Of a stretch of 64,000 nucleotides of DNA, positions 28,277 through 37,385 are shown one piece after another (positions within the stretch are counted from its first letter, which is position 1; each line of letters starts with the position of its first letter). The stretch comes from Candidatus Vogelbacteria bacterium RIFOXYD1_FULL_44_32 (GTDB lineage Bacteria > Patescibacteriota > Minisyncoccia > Phycocordibacterales > XYD1-FULL-46-19), in the NCBI GenBank assembly GCA_001823065.1, contig MHTJ01000003.1, forward strand, positions 253,283-317,282, written 5' to 3'. The notes below the pieces were generated by a model. That model was not told the origin of the DNA. It saw only the letters and a program-made list of their open reading frames with translations, and made no database searches. The position numbers and the translations under genes were made by a program.

Positions 28277-28398
28277 TGATAATATAATTTGGATCACCTA
28301 CAAACCCAATGGCAGGATTTCAGCCCTCTTGTCAGCTGGTAAAAGTACGGCCTTTTGAAGCCTGTCGCCAGAAAGACCGTTCCTAGTAGGTGGTCTTT

Positions 28399-28872
28399 TT
28401 ATATTCCCGAGCAATTGGCCGCTGGCGTATAGCCCGCTGACTTGGCCTCGTCGATAGTATTAAACCAAACTTTGTTTTCTTCTTTTATTCGCTTTACCCC
28501 CGAGCAAGTGGGCAAATAATATCTTGTCCCTGATTTAGACGCGACATATTTGGCCTGGGAGGCTAACGGCTGACCAATAGAACTCTCCACCGCTTTAGCT
28601 CCCGCCTTATTATTAGCCAAGATAGCCCCAGCTAATGATCCCGTCACCAGCGCCGGTTGGGTAATTTTGATCGGTTCCCTCTCCCCCACTATTTTAGTCA
28701 GACGACCGAGACCAAAAAATAGGCCAGCAACTAAAATCACCACTAGTAAAATCCAAATGTCTTTTTCGTTTTGCCGAAGCTTTTCAACTAGGGCCAAGGG
28801 CCGGTCCCCCACCCCGCCCAAGCCGACCCTGACTCGGCCCTTGATTTTTTCAGTGATTTCTCTTATACTCAT
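28399..28872 (-). CDS. membrane-anchored protein with a C-terminal Ada-like zinc-binding domain
   Basis: TM helix ILLVVILVAGLFFGL. C-terminus YVASKSGTRYYLPTCSGVKRIKEENKVWFNTIDEAKSAGYTPAANC matches the Ada_Zn_binding pattern (Y..K.....Y....C....I...N...F.S..EA..AGY.PC). Confidence 0.5.
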   Translation of the reverse strand: MSIREITEKIKGRVRVGLGGVGDRPLALVEKLRQNEKDIWILLVVILVAGLFFGLGRLTKIVGEREPIKITQPALVTGSLAGAILANNKAGAKAVESSIGQPLASQAKYVASKSGTRYYLPTCSGVKRIKEENKVWFNTIDEAKSAGYTPAANCSGI

Positions 28873-28903
28873 ATAGTTATTTTAAACACATTATAGTCAT
28901 AAT

Positions 28904-29185
28904 ATGGCCCATCGAAAAGCGGGCGGTACCGCTAAAAACCTCCGCGACTCCAATCCAAAATATTTAGGCACCAAGCTCTATGATGGCGAAGACGCCAAAC
29001 CGGGTGCAATTATTGTCCGTCAGCGTGGCACCAAAGTGCTCGCCGGCGCCAATGTGAAAATTGGCAAAGACCACACATTGTTTGCGGTGGCCCCCGGCCA
29101 AGTCAAGTTTACCCAAAAACGCAAACTCTCCTTCACTGGCAAAACCAAGGTGCACAAGGTGGTGAGTGTGGTTACTAAACAATAA
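28904..29185 (+). CDS. rpmA: 50S ribosomal protein L27
   Basis: 93 aa. [29 protein letters not shown]... is typical of L27. Confidence 0.95.
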   Translation: MAHRKAGGTAKNLRDSNPKYLGTKLYDGEDAKPGAIIVRQRGTKVLAGANVKIGKDHTLFAVAPGQVKFTQKRKLSFTGKTKVHKVVSVVTKQ

Positions 29186-29203
29186 ATTTTGATTAGAAAA
29201 AAC

Positions 29204-29227
29204 CCGGACCTCTAGTCCGGTTTTTTC
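29204..29227 (+). terminator. intrinsic terminator CCGGAC-CTCTA-GTCCGG + T7
   Basis: Follows the rpmA stop. Confidence 0.75.
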
Positions 29228-29263
29228 TTGCTACTAATATTTTATTACTCCTATTTTCTGAGC

Positions 29264-30067
29264 TTATTTCCGCCAAAAAGCAAGCTTGCCAAAAGTTTTT
29301 TTGAGGAAACCAGCTGGTTTGTTATTGTCTTCATTAGAAGAAACACTACTAGATGTTGAGCGAGCATTTTCAATCTCTTGCTTAAGCATTATTCGCACCT
29401 TACCCCTAATACCCGAGTCATGTGGAATATCTTTGACCAAAGAATCAAGCTCTACCTCATGAGAATCTAGAGGCATCTGCACCCATTTTTTATCATTAAG
29501 TAAAATGCGAAGATTGTCTCGCACTTGATTTATTTTATCAATTGTGGCTGGAGCAGATAGAAATGGCTCCTCATTTTCCCTGCCTAAGTTAACCTGCTTA
29601 AATTGCCCAACTACTTTATAGAGGGTATCAAAGGTCCTTGACTCAGCTACTGCTCCAGTTACATATTCCTTTCGGTTATTTTCGAAAGATTGAGCCATTT
29701 CTTTCTTTAATAGTTCTTTAACTTCAGCTCTAATCCTCTGATCAGCAATCTGGTCTAGATGTTGGCCCAAGGCATTGCGATAGTTATCATTACCGCCATT
29801 TAAAACTCCAATTTGTATCTCCCTCATATGTTGATCAAGATATTTTTTGGTCTCACCGATAGCCTGAGCCGTGGCCTCATCTGATTCACTTAAAATAGCT
29901 TCGAGCGACCGGCTTTGGTTATCAACTGGAACCACTGTTTCTAAAACTGGCTCGGTTGGTTTTGACAGTTCTGTTTCCACCGCCACTGGACCATTTTCTT
30001 TCTCAGTCACTGCTGGTAATTCAGCCGGAACAACTTCTGGTAATCCTTCAAATTTGGGAGACGACAT
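29264..30067 (-). CDS. hypothetical protein (267 aa, acidic N-terminus, no TM segment)
   Basis: Long ORF with no recognisable motifs. Confidence 0.55.
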   Translation of the reverse strand: MSSPKFEGLPEVVPAELPAVTEKENGPVAVETELSKPTEPVLETVVPVDNQSRSLEAILSESDEATAQAIGETKKYLDQHMREIQIGVLNGGNDNYRNALGQHLDQIADQRIRAEVKELLKKEMAQSFENNRKEYVTGAVAESRTFDTLYKVVGQFKQVNLGRENEEPFLSAPATIDKINQVRDNLRILLNDKKWVQMPLDSHEVELDSLVKDIPHDSGIRGKVRIMLKQEIENARSTSSSVSSNEDNNKPAGFLKKTFGKLAFWRK

Positions 30068-30123
30068 AGTTTAAAATAATTATCTGGTTAATTAGATTAA
30101 GTATACTAAATCCTGTTAAAAAT

Positions 30124-30163
30124 ATAACCCCCGCGGCCTTCGGCCGCGGGGGTTATATTTTTG
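30124..30163. terminator. bidirectional intrinsic terminator ATAACCCCCGCGGCC-TTCG-GGCCGCGGGGGTTAT flanked by A/T runs
   Basis: Lies downstream of rplI (-). Confidence 0.75.
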
Positions 30164-30174
30164 TCTATTTAAAT

Positions 30175-30609
30175 TTACTCCGCTTCGACAACCACTATCA
30201 GCTTGTTCCCCTCCCCTATTTCTATCTCGTGCGAACCAGTCGATTTTAGAGCGTGGCCTAAATGAATTTCCGTCGTATCAACTTCAATACCAAGTTGGGT
30301 TTTGATCGCTTCAGCCACTACATCCTTACCCAGACCAGCAAACAAATGCCCATCTTCATTGGCTTTACCAGCCAAAACTATTTTTTTGTCTTCTAGTGCG
30401 CCAAAAATAGCGGTCAATTCGGCGAGGCGATTGGCGGCTGCGTGTAGATGTTTGTCTTGCAAGGCCTTTAGTTTGTCTGCCGAAAAAGACTCGGGTGCAA
30501 CCGCTTTCCCTGAAGGTAGAAGGAAATTACGCGCAAAACCAGACGCGACCTCCTTGACCTCATATTTTTTACCTACCTTGGCCACATCTTGCATCAATAA
30601 TACTTTCAT
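30175..30609 (-). CDS. rplI: 50S ribosomal protein L9
   Basis: 144 aa. MKVLLMQDVAKVGKKYEVKEVASGFARNFLLPSGKAV is the L9 N-domain signature. Confidence 0.9.
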   Translation of the reverse strand: MKVLLMQDVAKVGKKYEVKEVASGFARNFLLPSGKAVAPESFSADKLKALQDKHLHAAANRLAELTAIFGALEDKKIVLAGKANEDGHLFAGLGKDVVAEAIKTQLGIEVDTTEIHLGHALKSTGSHEIEIGEGNKLIVVVEAE

Positions 30610-30686
30610 ATATTTTATTATTTATAGGTTAAAGACCTGTCGATAATATCCTTTTTCAGCCAATTTGTCCAGAGTAAAAATAGGAA

Positions 30687-30717
30687 CACCGCCTCGTGGG
30701 TAGACCACGAGGCGGTG
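30687..30717 (-). terminator. 13-bp perfect hairpin CACCGCCTCGTGG-GTAGA-CCACGAGGCGGTG with a downstream U-run on the minus strand
   Basis: Lies 3' of the minus-strand gene 30723-31082. Confidence 0.6.
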
Positions 30718-30722
30718 AGTTT

Positions 30723-31082
30723 CTAAGCAACAGCAAGTTTCTCGATGGCCATTTGCACCCAGCCATTTTGGGCAGTGGCGTGCTCATAGACCATCGGGTG
30801 GTGAAAATTAGGCACCAGCAAACGTACTGTGACCAATCCTTCCGTGGGAATAATTTCATCGGTCACAATTCCGACAATGCCAGTCCCATTACTGATACCT
30901 TTATAAAGGATAACGAACAAACTCGTCCCAACCGCAACGTAAGGGTAGGTACACCCCACATCGTAGCCCATATATTCGGGCGGTCGAAGCCGAAGCTCGC
31001 ACTCATTTACAAAAATATCCTCACCACACATTAAAACCGTTGTCGCTCTTTCGGTGAGCGAGGGTCTGCCGTCTTCTGGCAT
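30723..31082 (-). CDS. hypothetical protein (119 aa)
   Basis: Start assigned at MPEDGRPS because AAAGGAGAGAGGT precedes that ATG. The longer ORF-track N-terminus would run through a 10-bp hairpin. Confidence 0.5.
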   Translation of the reverse strand: MPEDGRPSLTERATTVLMCGEDIFVNECELRLRPPEYMGYDVGCTYPYVAVGTSLFVILYKGISNGTGIVGIVTDEIIPTEGLVTVRLLVPNFHHPMVYEHATAQNGWVQMAIEKLAVA

Positions 31083-31104
31083 ACCTCTCTCCTTTCCGCC
31101 TTTT

Positions 31105-31130
31105 AGAAGCAAGGCCAATCCTTGCTTCTT
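31105..31130. repeat. perfect 10-bp hairpin AGAAGCAAGG-CCAATC-CCTTGCTTCT between ctpA and the downstream gene
   Basis: On the plus strand it is followed by CCTTCTTTTTTTA. On the minus strand it sits between two co-directional genes. Confidence 0.6.
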
Positions 31131-31176
31131 CCTTCTTTTTTTATCTTAAACCTAAATATTTGGCCTGGCAAATTTA

Positions 31177-32421
31177 CTATTTTTTCAAAAGTTCCACTGC
31201 CTTTTCCAGTTGAGTGTCTCGCCCCTTCTTAAAGGCCTCCACATCCAATTCAACCGGCACGGCCGGCCTCAAACCGGCTTTGGAAATAGACACTCCTTTT
31301 GGTGTCAGCCAGCGGGCAATAGTCACCTTTAGTGAGGTATCAGCGGTCACTGGTACTAATTCCTGCACCGAACCCTTACCAAAAGTAGTCTCCCCGACCA
31401 AGGTCGCAATGTTATATTCGGCCAAGGCCCCTGCCAAAATCTCGGAGGCCGAAGCGGAACCACGATCAACCAAAATAATCATCTTTAGATTTTTATTAAA
31501 GACATTATAGCCCTTGCTCCGATAAGCAGTGTCGGCTTGTTTGTCCCCTTGGTGCTCCCAAACTACCACCTTGCCCTTGGGTAAAAACCAACTGGCCATA
31601 TCCACCGCAGATTCTAAATACCCACCTGGGTTCCCCCGTAAATCTAGGATTAAACGATTGGTCTGGGCTTTAGAAAATTCATTTAAGGCACTGGCAAATA
31701 ATTCCGCTGAATTGGCACTAAAATTATACAAGCGAATAACAAAAACTTTATCGGAACGTAATTCAGTTTCAATAGTTGGGATAGCAATTATCGCCCGCAC
31801 AATTGCCACCTCGCGGGGTAATTTTTCAGCTTCACCCACCGTTAGTGGTGACAGCACCGTCAATTTTATAACACTACCTTCGGGGCCACGAATTTTACTG
31901 ATGGCTTCATCAATCGTCATCTCGGCGGCAATCGCCCCATTTATTTCTAAAATTTTATCCCCCGCCAAAATACCGGCTTTTTTAGCTGGACTATTGGCCA
32001 AAGGCGCCACCACGGTCAAAACCCCATCTTTCACCCCCAGTTCCATTCCCACGCCACTAAAATTCCCGGCAATATCATCTTCAAATTGTTTTTTTTCTTC
32101 TGGTGGCAGAAAAACAGTGTAGGGGTCACCCAAGGCCCCCACCATCCCAGAAATGGCCCCCCAAACTTTTTCTTCATTTTTGACTGCAGTCGTTGAGGTG
32201 CTATTACCATTGACATATTTTTCATTTATAATATTCCACGCTTGCCAAAACGGCGTAAAGTCGACTTCGGCTGGCTTCAACGCTTCTTTATTGGCAACAC
32301 CAACCACTTGCTCAATCTCTGGACGAGAATTAAAACCAATATAAACCCCGCCAAAAAATGCCCCCCCTAAAGCGCAAAGGGCAACTACCACCATCACAAA
32401 AGTTCCCGAGAAACGATTCAT
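31177..32421 (-). CDS. ctpA: carboxyl-terminal processing protease (S41 family, PDZ domain)
   Basis: 414 aa. N-terminal TM anchor, PDZ domain, S41 catalytic region LILDLRGNPGGYLESAV and DRGSASASEILAGAL. Confidence 0.9.
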   Translation of the reverse strand: MNRFSGTFVMVVVALCALGGAFFGGVYIGFNSRPEIEQVVGVANKEALKPAEVDFTPFWQAWNIINEKYVNGNSTSTTAVKNEEKVWGAISGMVGALGDPYTVFLPPEEKKQFEDDIAGNFSGVGMELGVKDGVLTVVAPLANSPAKKAGILAGDKILEINGAIAAEMTIDEAISKIRGPEGSVIKLTVLSPLTVGEAEKLPREVAIVRAIIAIPTIETELRSDKVFVIRLYNFSANSAELFASALNEFSKAQTNRLILDLRGNPGGYLESAVDMASWFLPKGKVVVWEHQGDKQADTAYRSKGYNVFNKNLKMIILVDRGSASASEILAGALAEYNIATLVGETTFGKGSVQELVPVTADTSLKVTIARWLTPKGVSISKAGLRPAVPVELDVEAFKKGRDTQLEKAVELLKK

Positions 32422-32478
32422 ATTTATGTCTTAATTTTAGCACGAGCTAGGCACTAGTGCACGCTTCTTGTAGTTAAA

Positions 32479-33429
32479 ATGCTGACAGGATATAATTTAA
32501 CCCATATGATAAGACAATTTAAACATCGCGAAACAACTTGGATCGATGTCACTTCACCAGCCAAGGAGGAATTAGCCACCCTGGCCCGTGATTATGGCTT
32601 GCATTCGCTAGTAGAAAATGAACTTGGCTCTCCTTCCACCAGAGCTCATGCCGACCTTTATGATAATTATATTTATTTGGTGCTACATTTTCCTCATTGT
32701 GATTTTAGTTTAGGCCCAAATAAAGACGAAGGCGACCAAGAAGTAGATTTTATTGTCGGCAAGGATTTTCTTATTACTATTCACTACGAACCAATTCAAT
32801 CATTAGATGAATTTGGTCAAATTTTTGAAGCCAATTTAGTCAACGAAGATACTAGTAAGAAAAATCAGGCCGGTATTCTTTTCTATCACATTGCCTTATC
32901 TATCTACAAATCACTAGACGCTGGCCTGCTAACGATTAGTGATGAATTACGAAAAGCCGAAAAAGAAATATTTAATGGTAAAGAAAAAGAGATGGTGGTA
33001 GTTTTGTCTAATATTAATCACAAATTGTTTGATTATAGCTGGGCCCTAAAAAATCACGCCGATATATTATTATCCTTTGATGCAGCCTCCGCCACTTTAT
33101 TTGGTAACGATTATAGTCGCTATACTAAAAAAATCTACCATACCTACCGCCGGATCTACTCGACACTAGAGAGTCTAAAGGAAATGTTCGATGATTTACA
33201 GACTACCAATGACTCGCTTTTGTCGATTAAAACCAATGAAATTATGAAGGTGTTAACTATCATGGCTTTTACTACTTTCCCTTTAACAGTCCTGACTTCG
33301 ATGTTTGGGATGAATACTATTCACAACCCAATTCTCGGTATGCGCTACGATTTCTGGGTTATTGTCGCTATGATGCTGGGCGCCGTCGGCGCAATGTTTA
33401 TTTTCTTCCGTTATAAACGTTGGTTTTAA
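32479..33429 (+). CDS. corA: magnesium/cobalt transporter CorA
   Basis: 316 aa. Two C-terminal TM helices and the signature FGMN (MFGMNTIHNP). Confidence 0.9.
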   Translation: MLTGYNLTHMIRQFKHRETTWIDVTSPAKEELATLARDYGLHSLVENELGSPSTRAHADLYDNYIYLVLHFPHCDFSLGPNKDEGDQEVDFIVGKDFLITIHYEPIQSLDEFGQIFEANLVNEDTSKKNQAGILFYHIALSIYKSLDAGLLTISDELRKAEKEIFNGKEKEMVVVLSNINHKLFDYSWALKNHADILLSFDAASATLFGNDYSRYTKKIYHTYRRIYSTLESLKEMFDDLQTTNDSLLSIKTNEIMKVLTIMAFTTFPLTVLTSMFGMNTIHNPILGMRYDFWVIVAMMLGAVGAMFIFFRYKRWF

Positions 33430-33432
33430 GGA

Positions 33433-34836
33433 ATGATGAATCAGCAACCATTATATTTTTTAAATACTCTTTCCCGCCAAAAAGAGGAGTTTGTGCCAAT
33501 TAATCCCAACCTGGTTGGTTTATATTCTTGTGGCCCCACTGTGTATAACTATGCCCATATTGGCAATATGCGTTCGTATCTTTTGTCAGATATTGTCAGA
33601 CGAACCCTCGAACAAAACGGCTACCCAGTTAGGCAAATTATAAATATCACTGATGTCGGCCACCTGGTGGGCGACGCTGACAATGGTGAAGACAAGGTCG
33701 AACAAGCCGCTCGCGCCAGCAACCATACCGTTGCCGATATTATTACCCAATACAAATCGGCTTTTTTGAGTGATTTGAGTGGTTTAAATATCAAGACCAC
33801 CGAGACTATTTTTCCCCATGCCAGCCAACATATTGCCGAACAAATCGAGCTCATTAAAAAATTAGAAAACAAAGGTTTTGTTTACCACCTCGATGATGGT
33901 ATTTATTTTGATACAAAGTTATATGACAAGTATCCCGAGTTGGGCCACCTAAATCTAGACGGACAAACAGCCGGCACTCGCATTGAAGAAAATGCCCAAA
34001 AAAGAAGTCCGGCCGATTTTGCCTTGTGGAAATTTTCTGGTTTGCAATCAACCCGTCTGCAAGAATGGGATTCCCCTTGGGGTGTTGGTTTCCCCGGCTG
34101 GGCTATCGAGTGTTCGGCTATGAGTATCAAATATCTTGGTGCCCATTTTGATATTCACACTGGTGGTGAAGACCATATCCCCGTCCACCACACCAATGAG
34201 CGCGCCCAATCAGAATGTGCCACTGGTGAGACTTTCGTCAATTATTGGCTTCATAATGCTTTTATTACAGTTGACGGTAAAAAAATGGCCAAGTCTGAAC
34301 AAAATTTTTATACCATCACTGATCTAGTCGCCAAGGGCTATTCTCCTCTGGCCTACCGCTATTTTATTTTGGGCGCTCATTATCGTAGTCCGCTTAATTT
34401 TACTTTTGAGGCTCTAGCTGGGGCCAAACGCGCGTGGCAGAAAATCAATAACATGGTTTGGGCTTGGCCTAGTGGTGGACAATGTGATGAGCAATTGCTC
34501 ACTACTTTTATGACCGCCATCAATAATGATTTAAATACTGCCAAGGCCCTAGCAATACTCCACGAAACAATGAATGCCAACTTGGAACCAAGTACTAAAA
34601 GAGCAACAATTGAAAAATTTGACGAGGTGCTAGGTATTTTAAATGAAGCTGAAGTGCTTTCTGCCAGTGAATTGACTCCTATCCCAGAAGAAATTCTCTC
34701 TTTGGTTCAAGACCGCGAAATTGCCCGCGAGCGAGCTGATTGGGGCCGAGCCGACCTTATTCGAGCTGAAATCGAGGCCAAAGGTTATGAAGTAGAAGAC
34801 ACCCCCGAGGGGCCAGCCATAAAATCCAGGAACTAA
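33433..34836 (+). CDS. cysS: cysteinyl-tRNA synthetase
   Basis: 467 aa. HIGH-like HIGN (YNYAHIGNMRSY), KMSKS-like KMAKS and zinc-binding Cys residues. Confidence 0.93.
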   Translation: MMNQQPLYFLNTLSRQKEEFVPINPNLVGLYSCGPTVYNYAHIGNMRSYLLSDIVRRTLEQNGYPVRQIINITDVGHLVGDADNGEDKVEQAARASNHTVADIITQYKSAFLSDLSGLNIKTTETIFPHASQHIAEQIELIKKLENKGFVYHLDDGIYFDTKLYDKYPELGHLNLDGQTAGTRIEENAQKRSPADFALWKFSGLQSTRLQEWDSPWGVGFPGWAIECSAMSIKYLGAHFDIHTGGEDHIPVHHTNERAQSECATGETFVNYWLHNAFITVDGKKMAKSEQNFYTITDLVAKGYSPLAYRYFILGAHYRSPLNFTFEALAGAKRAWQKINNMVWAWPSGGQCDEQLLTTFMTAINNDLNTAKALAILHETMNANLEPSTKRATIEKFDEVLGILNEAEVLSASELTPIPEEILSLVQDREIARERADWGRADLIRAEIEAKGYEVEDTPEGPAIKSRN

Positions 34837-34860
34837 TCCCTAGGTTATCCCCTACTAATA

Positions 34861-34890
34861 CCCAAAATGACAATTTTGGGACTTTTAGAT
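34861..34890 (+). terminator. hairpin CCCAAAAT-GACA-ATTTTGGG followed by a T-rich tract
   Basis: Follows the cysS stop. Confidence 0.5.
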
Positions 34891-34932
34891 AGGATTGTTT
34901 ACCCCAACTTCAGTGTTAGAATATAGTTACCT

Positions 34933-36300
34933 ATGTCTGAAACCGCCACCAAACAAGGCTTTGTTCAATCTCCCCTTAAAATTCCGCCCCAAGATATTGG
35001 AGCGGAGCAAGCTTTGTTGGGGGCAATTATGATCAAGCCCGACTCTATTCATGAAATTCTCGACTTGATCTCAGCTGACAGTTTTTACTCCAACAAACAC
35101 CGTCTTATTTTTAAGGCAATGGTTGATTTAAAGGAAAAAAATGAACCAATCGATGTGGTCACCATGACTTCCTACCTCCGAGGAAAAAAACAATTGGAGC
35201 AGATTGGTGGTGGTAGTTATTTGGCGGAACTAATCTCGGTTGTACCCTCGGCAGCCAATATTGGCTCATACGCTGAAAATGTCAGTAAAAAATCGGCCCT
35301 CCGTAAATTAATTGACTCCGCTGATCGTATTTTAGAACTGGGCTACAATGAATCAGAGTCAATCGACACTATTTTTGATAAAGCCGAGCAACTTATTTTT
35401 AGTCTCGGTTCTTTTGGTCGCAAAACCTATACTGCTCTAAAGGATACCTTAGCCGATGCCTGGGAGCGTTTTGACAAGCTCCACAAATCTCCCGATGGGC
35501 ACCGTGGTATTCCGTCTGGATTTCGCGATTTAGACAATTTGCTGTCCGGTTTTCAAAATTCCGACCTTATAATTTTAGCCGCCCGTCCTTCGGTTGGTAA
35601 AACTTCACTCGCCCTTGATTTTGTCCGTCATGCTGCCTGCAAAGAAAACATTCCAGTTGCTGTTTTTTCACTAGAAATGAGCTCTCAACAGCTAGTTGAC
35701 CGCATCCTCGCCGCCGAAAGCCGAGTCGATTCCTGGAAGATGCGCACAGGGAAAGTCACGGCTCAAGAAGATTTTGACCGTATTCGTGATGCGCTTGAAA
35801 GTTTATCCAAAGCCCCGATTTTTATTGATGACGAACCGGGTAATAATATTATGAAGATGAAGACAGTAGCTAGACGACTAAAGGCTGAGCACGGTTTAGG
35901 TCTAATAGTGGTCGACTATCTCCAACTCATGGTTCCTCGGCGCGAGTCCGACTCAATGGTGCAAATGGTCACCGAAATTTCCCGTTCGCTAAAAGGTTTA
36001 GCTCGTGAGCTTGAGGTGCCGGTTATTGCTCTGTCTCAGCTCTCTCGAGCAGTGGAACAACGCGGGGGTAAACCACGTCTGTCGGACTTGCGTGACTCGG
36101 GTTCGATTGAGCAAGACGCAGATGTGGTAATGTTTATTCACCGGGAAGACCGTTTTGACGAATCGTCGGAAAGAAAAAATATTGCCGAAATTTTGGTCGA
36201 AAAGCACCGCAACGGTCCGGTTGGCAAAGTCGATTTGTATTTTGATGAACACCGTGTCTCCTTTAACACGATTGAAAAAGGTGACTTTGGTTCTTTCTAA
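34933..36300 (+). CDS. dnaB: replicative DNA helicase DnaB
   Basis: 455 aa. N-terminal DnaB domain (QDIGAEQALLGAIMIKPDS). Walker A AARPSVGKTSLAL, Walker B LIVVDYLQLM and the H4 motif. Confidence 0.93.
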   Translation: MSETATKQGFVQSPLKIPPQDIGAEQALLGAIMIKPDSIHEILDLISADSFYSNKHRLIFKAMVDLKEKNEPIDVVTMTSYLRGKKQLEQIGGGSYLAELISVVPSAANIGSYAENVSKKSALRKLIDSADRILELGYNESESIDTIFDKAEQLIFSLGSFGRKTYTALKDTLADAWERFDKLHKSPDGHRGIPSGFRDLDNLLSGFQNSDLIILAARPSVGKTSLALDFVRHAACKENIPVAVFSLEMSSQQLVDRILAAESRVDSWKMRTGKVTAQEDFDRIRDALESLSKAPIFIDDEPGNNIMKMKTVARRLKAEHGLGLIVVDYLQLMVPRRESDSMVQMVTEISRSLKGLARELEVPVIALSQLSRAVEQRGGKPRLSDLRDSGSIEQDADVVMFIHREDRFDESSERKNIAEILVEKHRNGPVGKVDLYFDEHRVSFNTIEKGDFGSF

Positions 36301-36311
36301 TCTAGTCCTTT

Positions 36312-36938
36312 ATGGGAGGTAATTCTTTTGACCAATTAGTAGAAATATTTATTCGTTTTCCGGGAATTGGTCCCCGCCAAGCTCGGCGGTTTGTTTATTT
36401 TCTTTTGGCCCTAGACGCTAGTAGCCTACTGCGCCTAACCAATGCCATCAACTCTCTCCGAGAAGAGTCTGCGCGCTGTGAGCGTTGTGGCTACCACTTT
36501 CTCAAAAAAGGAGGTAAGACTAATCTCTGTCAAATTTGCGCTGACCCTCATCGCAATCGGGAACAATTAATGATTGTGGAAAAAGATTTAGATGTCGATA
36601 GCTTTAAAAAAACTGATTCTTACAACGGTCTTTTTTATATTCTAGGTGGGCTTGTTCCTATTTTAGAAAAGGACCCAAATAAAAAAGTTCGATTGGTACC
36701 CCTCCAGAAAATAGTCAAAGAGGAAACAACAAATAGTAAGCTTAAAGAAATTATTATTGCCCTATCGGCCAACCCCGAGGGTGACTACTCCACACAATAT
36801 ATAAAGGAATTACTGGCACCCCTATTGACCAATACTGCCACTAAAATTTCGATCCTTGGTCGGGGGCTCTCGACCGGTACTGAGGTAGAATATTCCGACC
36901 CCGATACCCTGCGTAGCGCTTTAGAAAATAGACATTAA
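36312..36938 (+). CDS. recR: recombination protein RecR
   Basis: 208 aa. HhH FPGIGPRQARRFVYFLL, C4 zinc finger CERCGY...CQIC and a Toprim domain. Confidence 0.92.
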   Translation: MGGNSFDQLVEIFIRFPGIGPRQARRFVYFLLALDASSLLRLTNAINSLREESARCERCGYHFLKKGGKTNLCQICADPHRNREQLMIVEKDLDVDSFKKTDSYNGLFYILGGLVPILEKDPNKKVRLVPLQKIVKEETTNSKLKEIIIALSANPEGDYSTQYIKELLAPLLTNTATKISILGRGLSTGTEVEYSDPDTLRSALENRH

Positions 36939-36941
36939 AAA

Positions 36942-36980
36942 TTAACCCCCGCCGGCGTAAGCCGGCGGGGGTTAATTTTA
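36942..36980. terminator. bidirectional intrinsic terminator TTAACCCCCGCCGGC-GTAA-GCCGGCGGGGGTTAA
   Basis: Lies between convergent recR (+) and rplU (-). Confidence 0.8.
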
Positions 36981-36981
36981 C

Positions 36982-37299
36982 TTAAGCATTTATTTTTAAA
37001 ATCTTTACTTTCGTATATGGCTGGCGGTGGCCTTTTAGTTTACGGTAATTTACTTTGTTTTTATAGCGGAGAACAAGCTTTTTAGCACCTTTGCCCTCCT
37101 CCACAAATTCTGCGTCCACTGTTACCCCCTTGATAGTTGGGGTACCAATAGTGGCTTTGCCACCGGCTTCCACCAAAAGAACTTCGTCAAATTTTAGTTT
37201 GCCATTATCCTTAAAATCTGGCAGTTTTTCCACGGTCAAAATATCGCCCTCGGCGACCTTATATTGCTTCCCACCTGTCTTAATAACAGCAAAATTCAT
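36982..37299 (-). CDS. rplU: 50S ribosomal protein L21
   Basis: Start at MNFAVIKTGGKQYKVAEGD (105 aa), typical of L21. It is not adjacent to rpmA here. Confidence 0.9.
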   Translation of the reverse strand: MNFAVIKTGGKQYKVAEGDILTVEKLPDFKDNGKLKFDEVLLVEAGGKATIGTPTIKGVTVDAEFVEEGKGAKKLVLRYKNKVNYRKLKGHRQPYTKVKILKINA

Positions 37300-37325
37300 A
37301 CCCGAGTATTGTACTAAAATATATA

Positions 37326-37376
37326 AAAAAAGCAAGAAAAAAGCCCCGGGGCGCGTCTAAACGCGCGCCCCAGGGC
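37326..37376 (-). terminator. GC-rich hairpin GCCCCGGGGCGCGT-CTAA-ACGCGCGCCCCAGGGC with a downstream U-run on the minus strand
   Basis: Follows the gmk stop on the minus strand. Confidence 0.65.
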
Positions 37377-37385
37377 CACAGTCCC

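Noticed and set aside
28280-28300. GGATCACCT motif resembling the 16S rRNA 3' terminus, plus CCUCC-rich tracts, raising the idea of an rRNA gene remnant
   Set aside because: Only a 9-nt match with no flanking rRNA-like sequence. No rRNA genes are present in the window.
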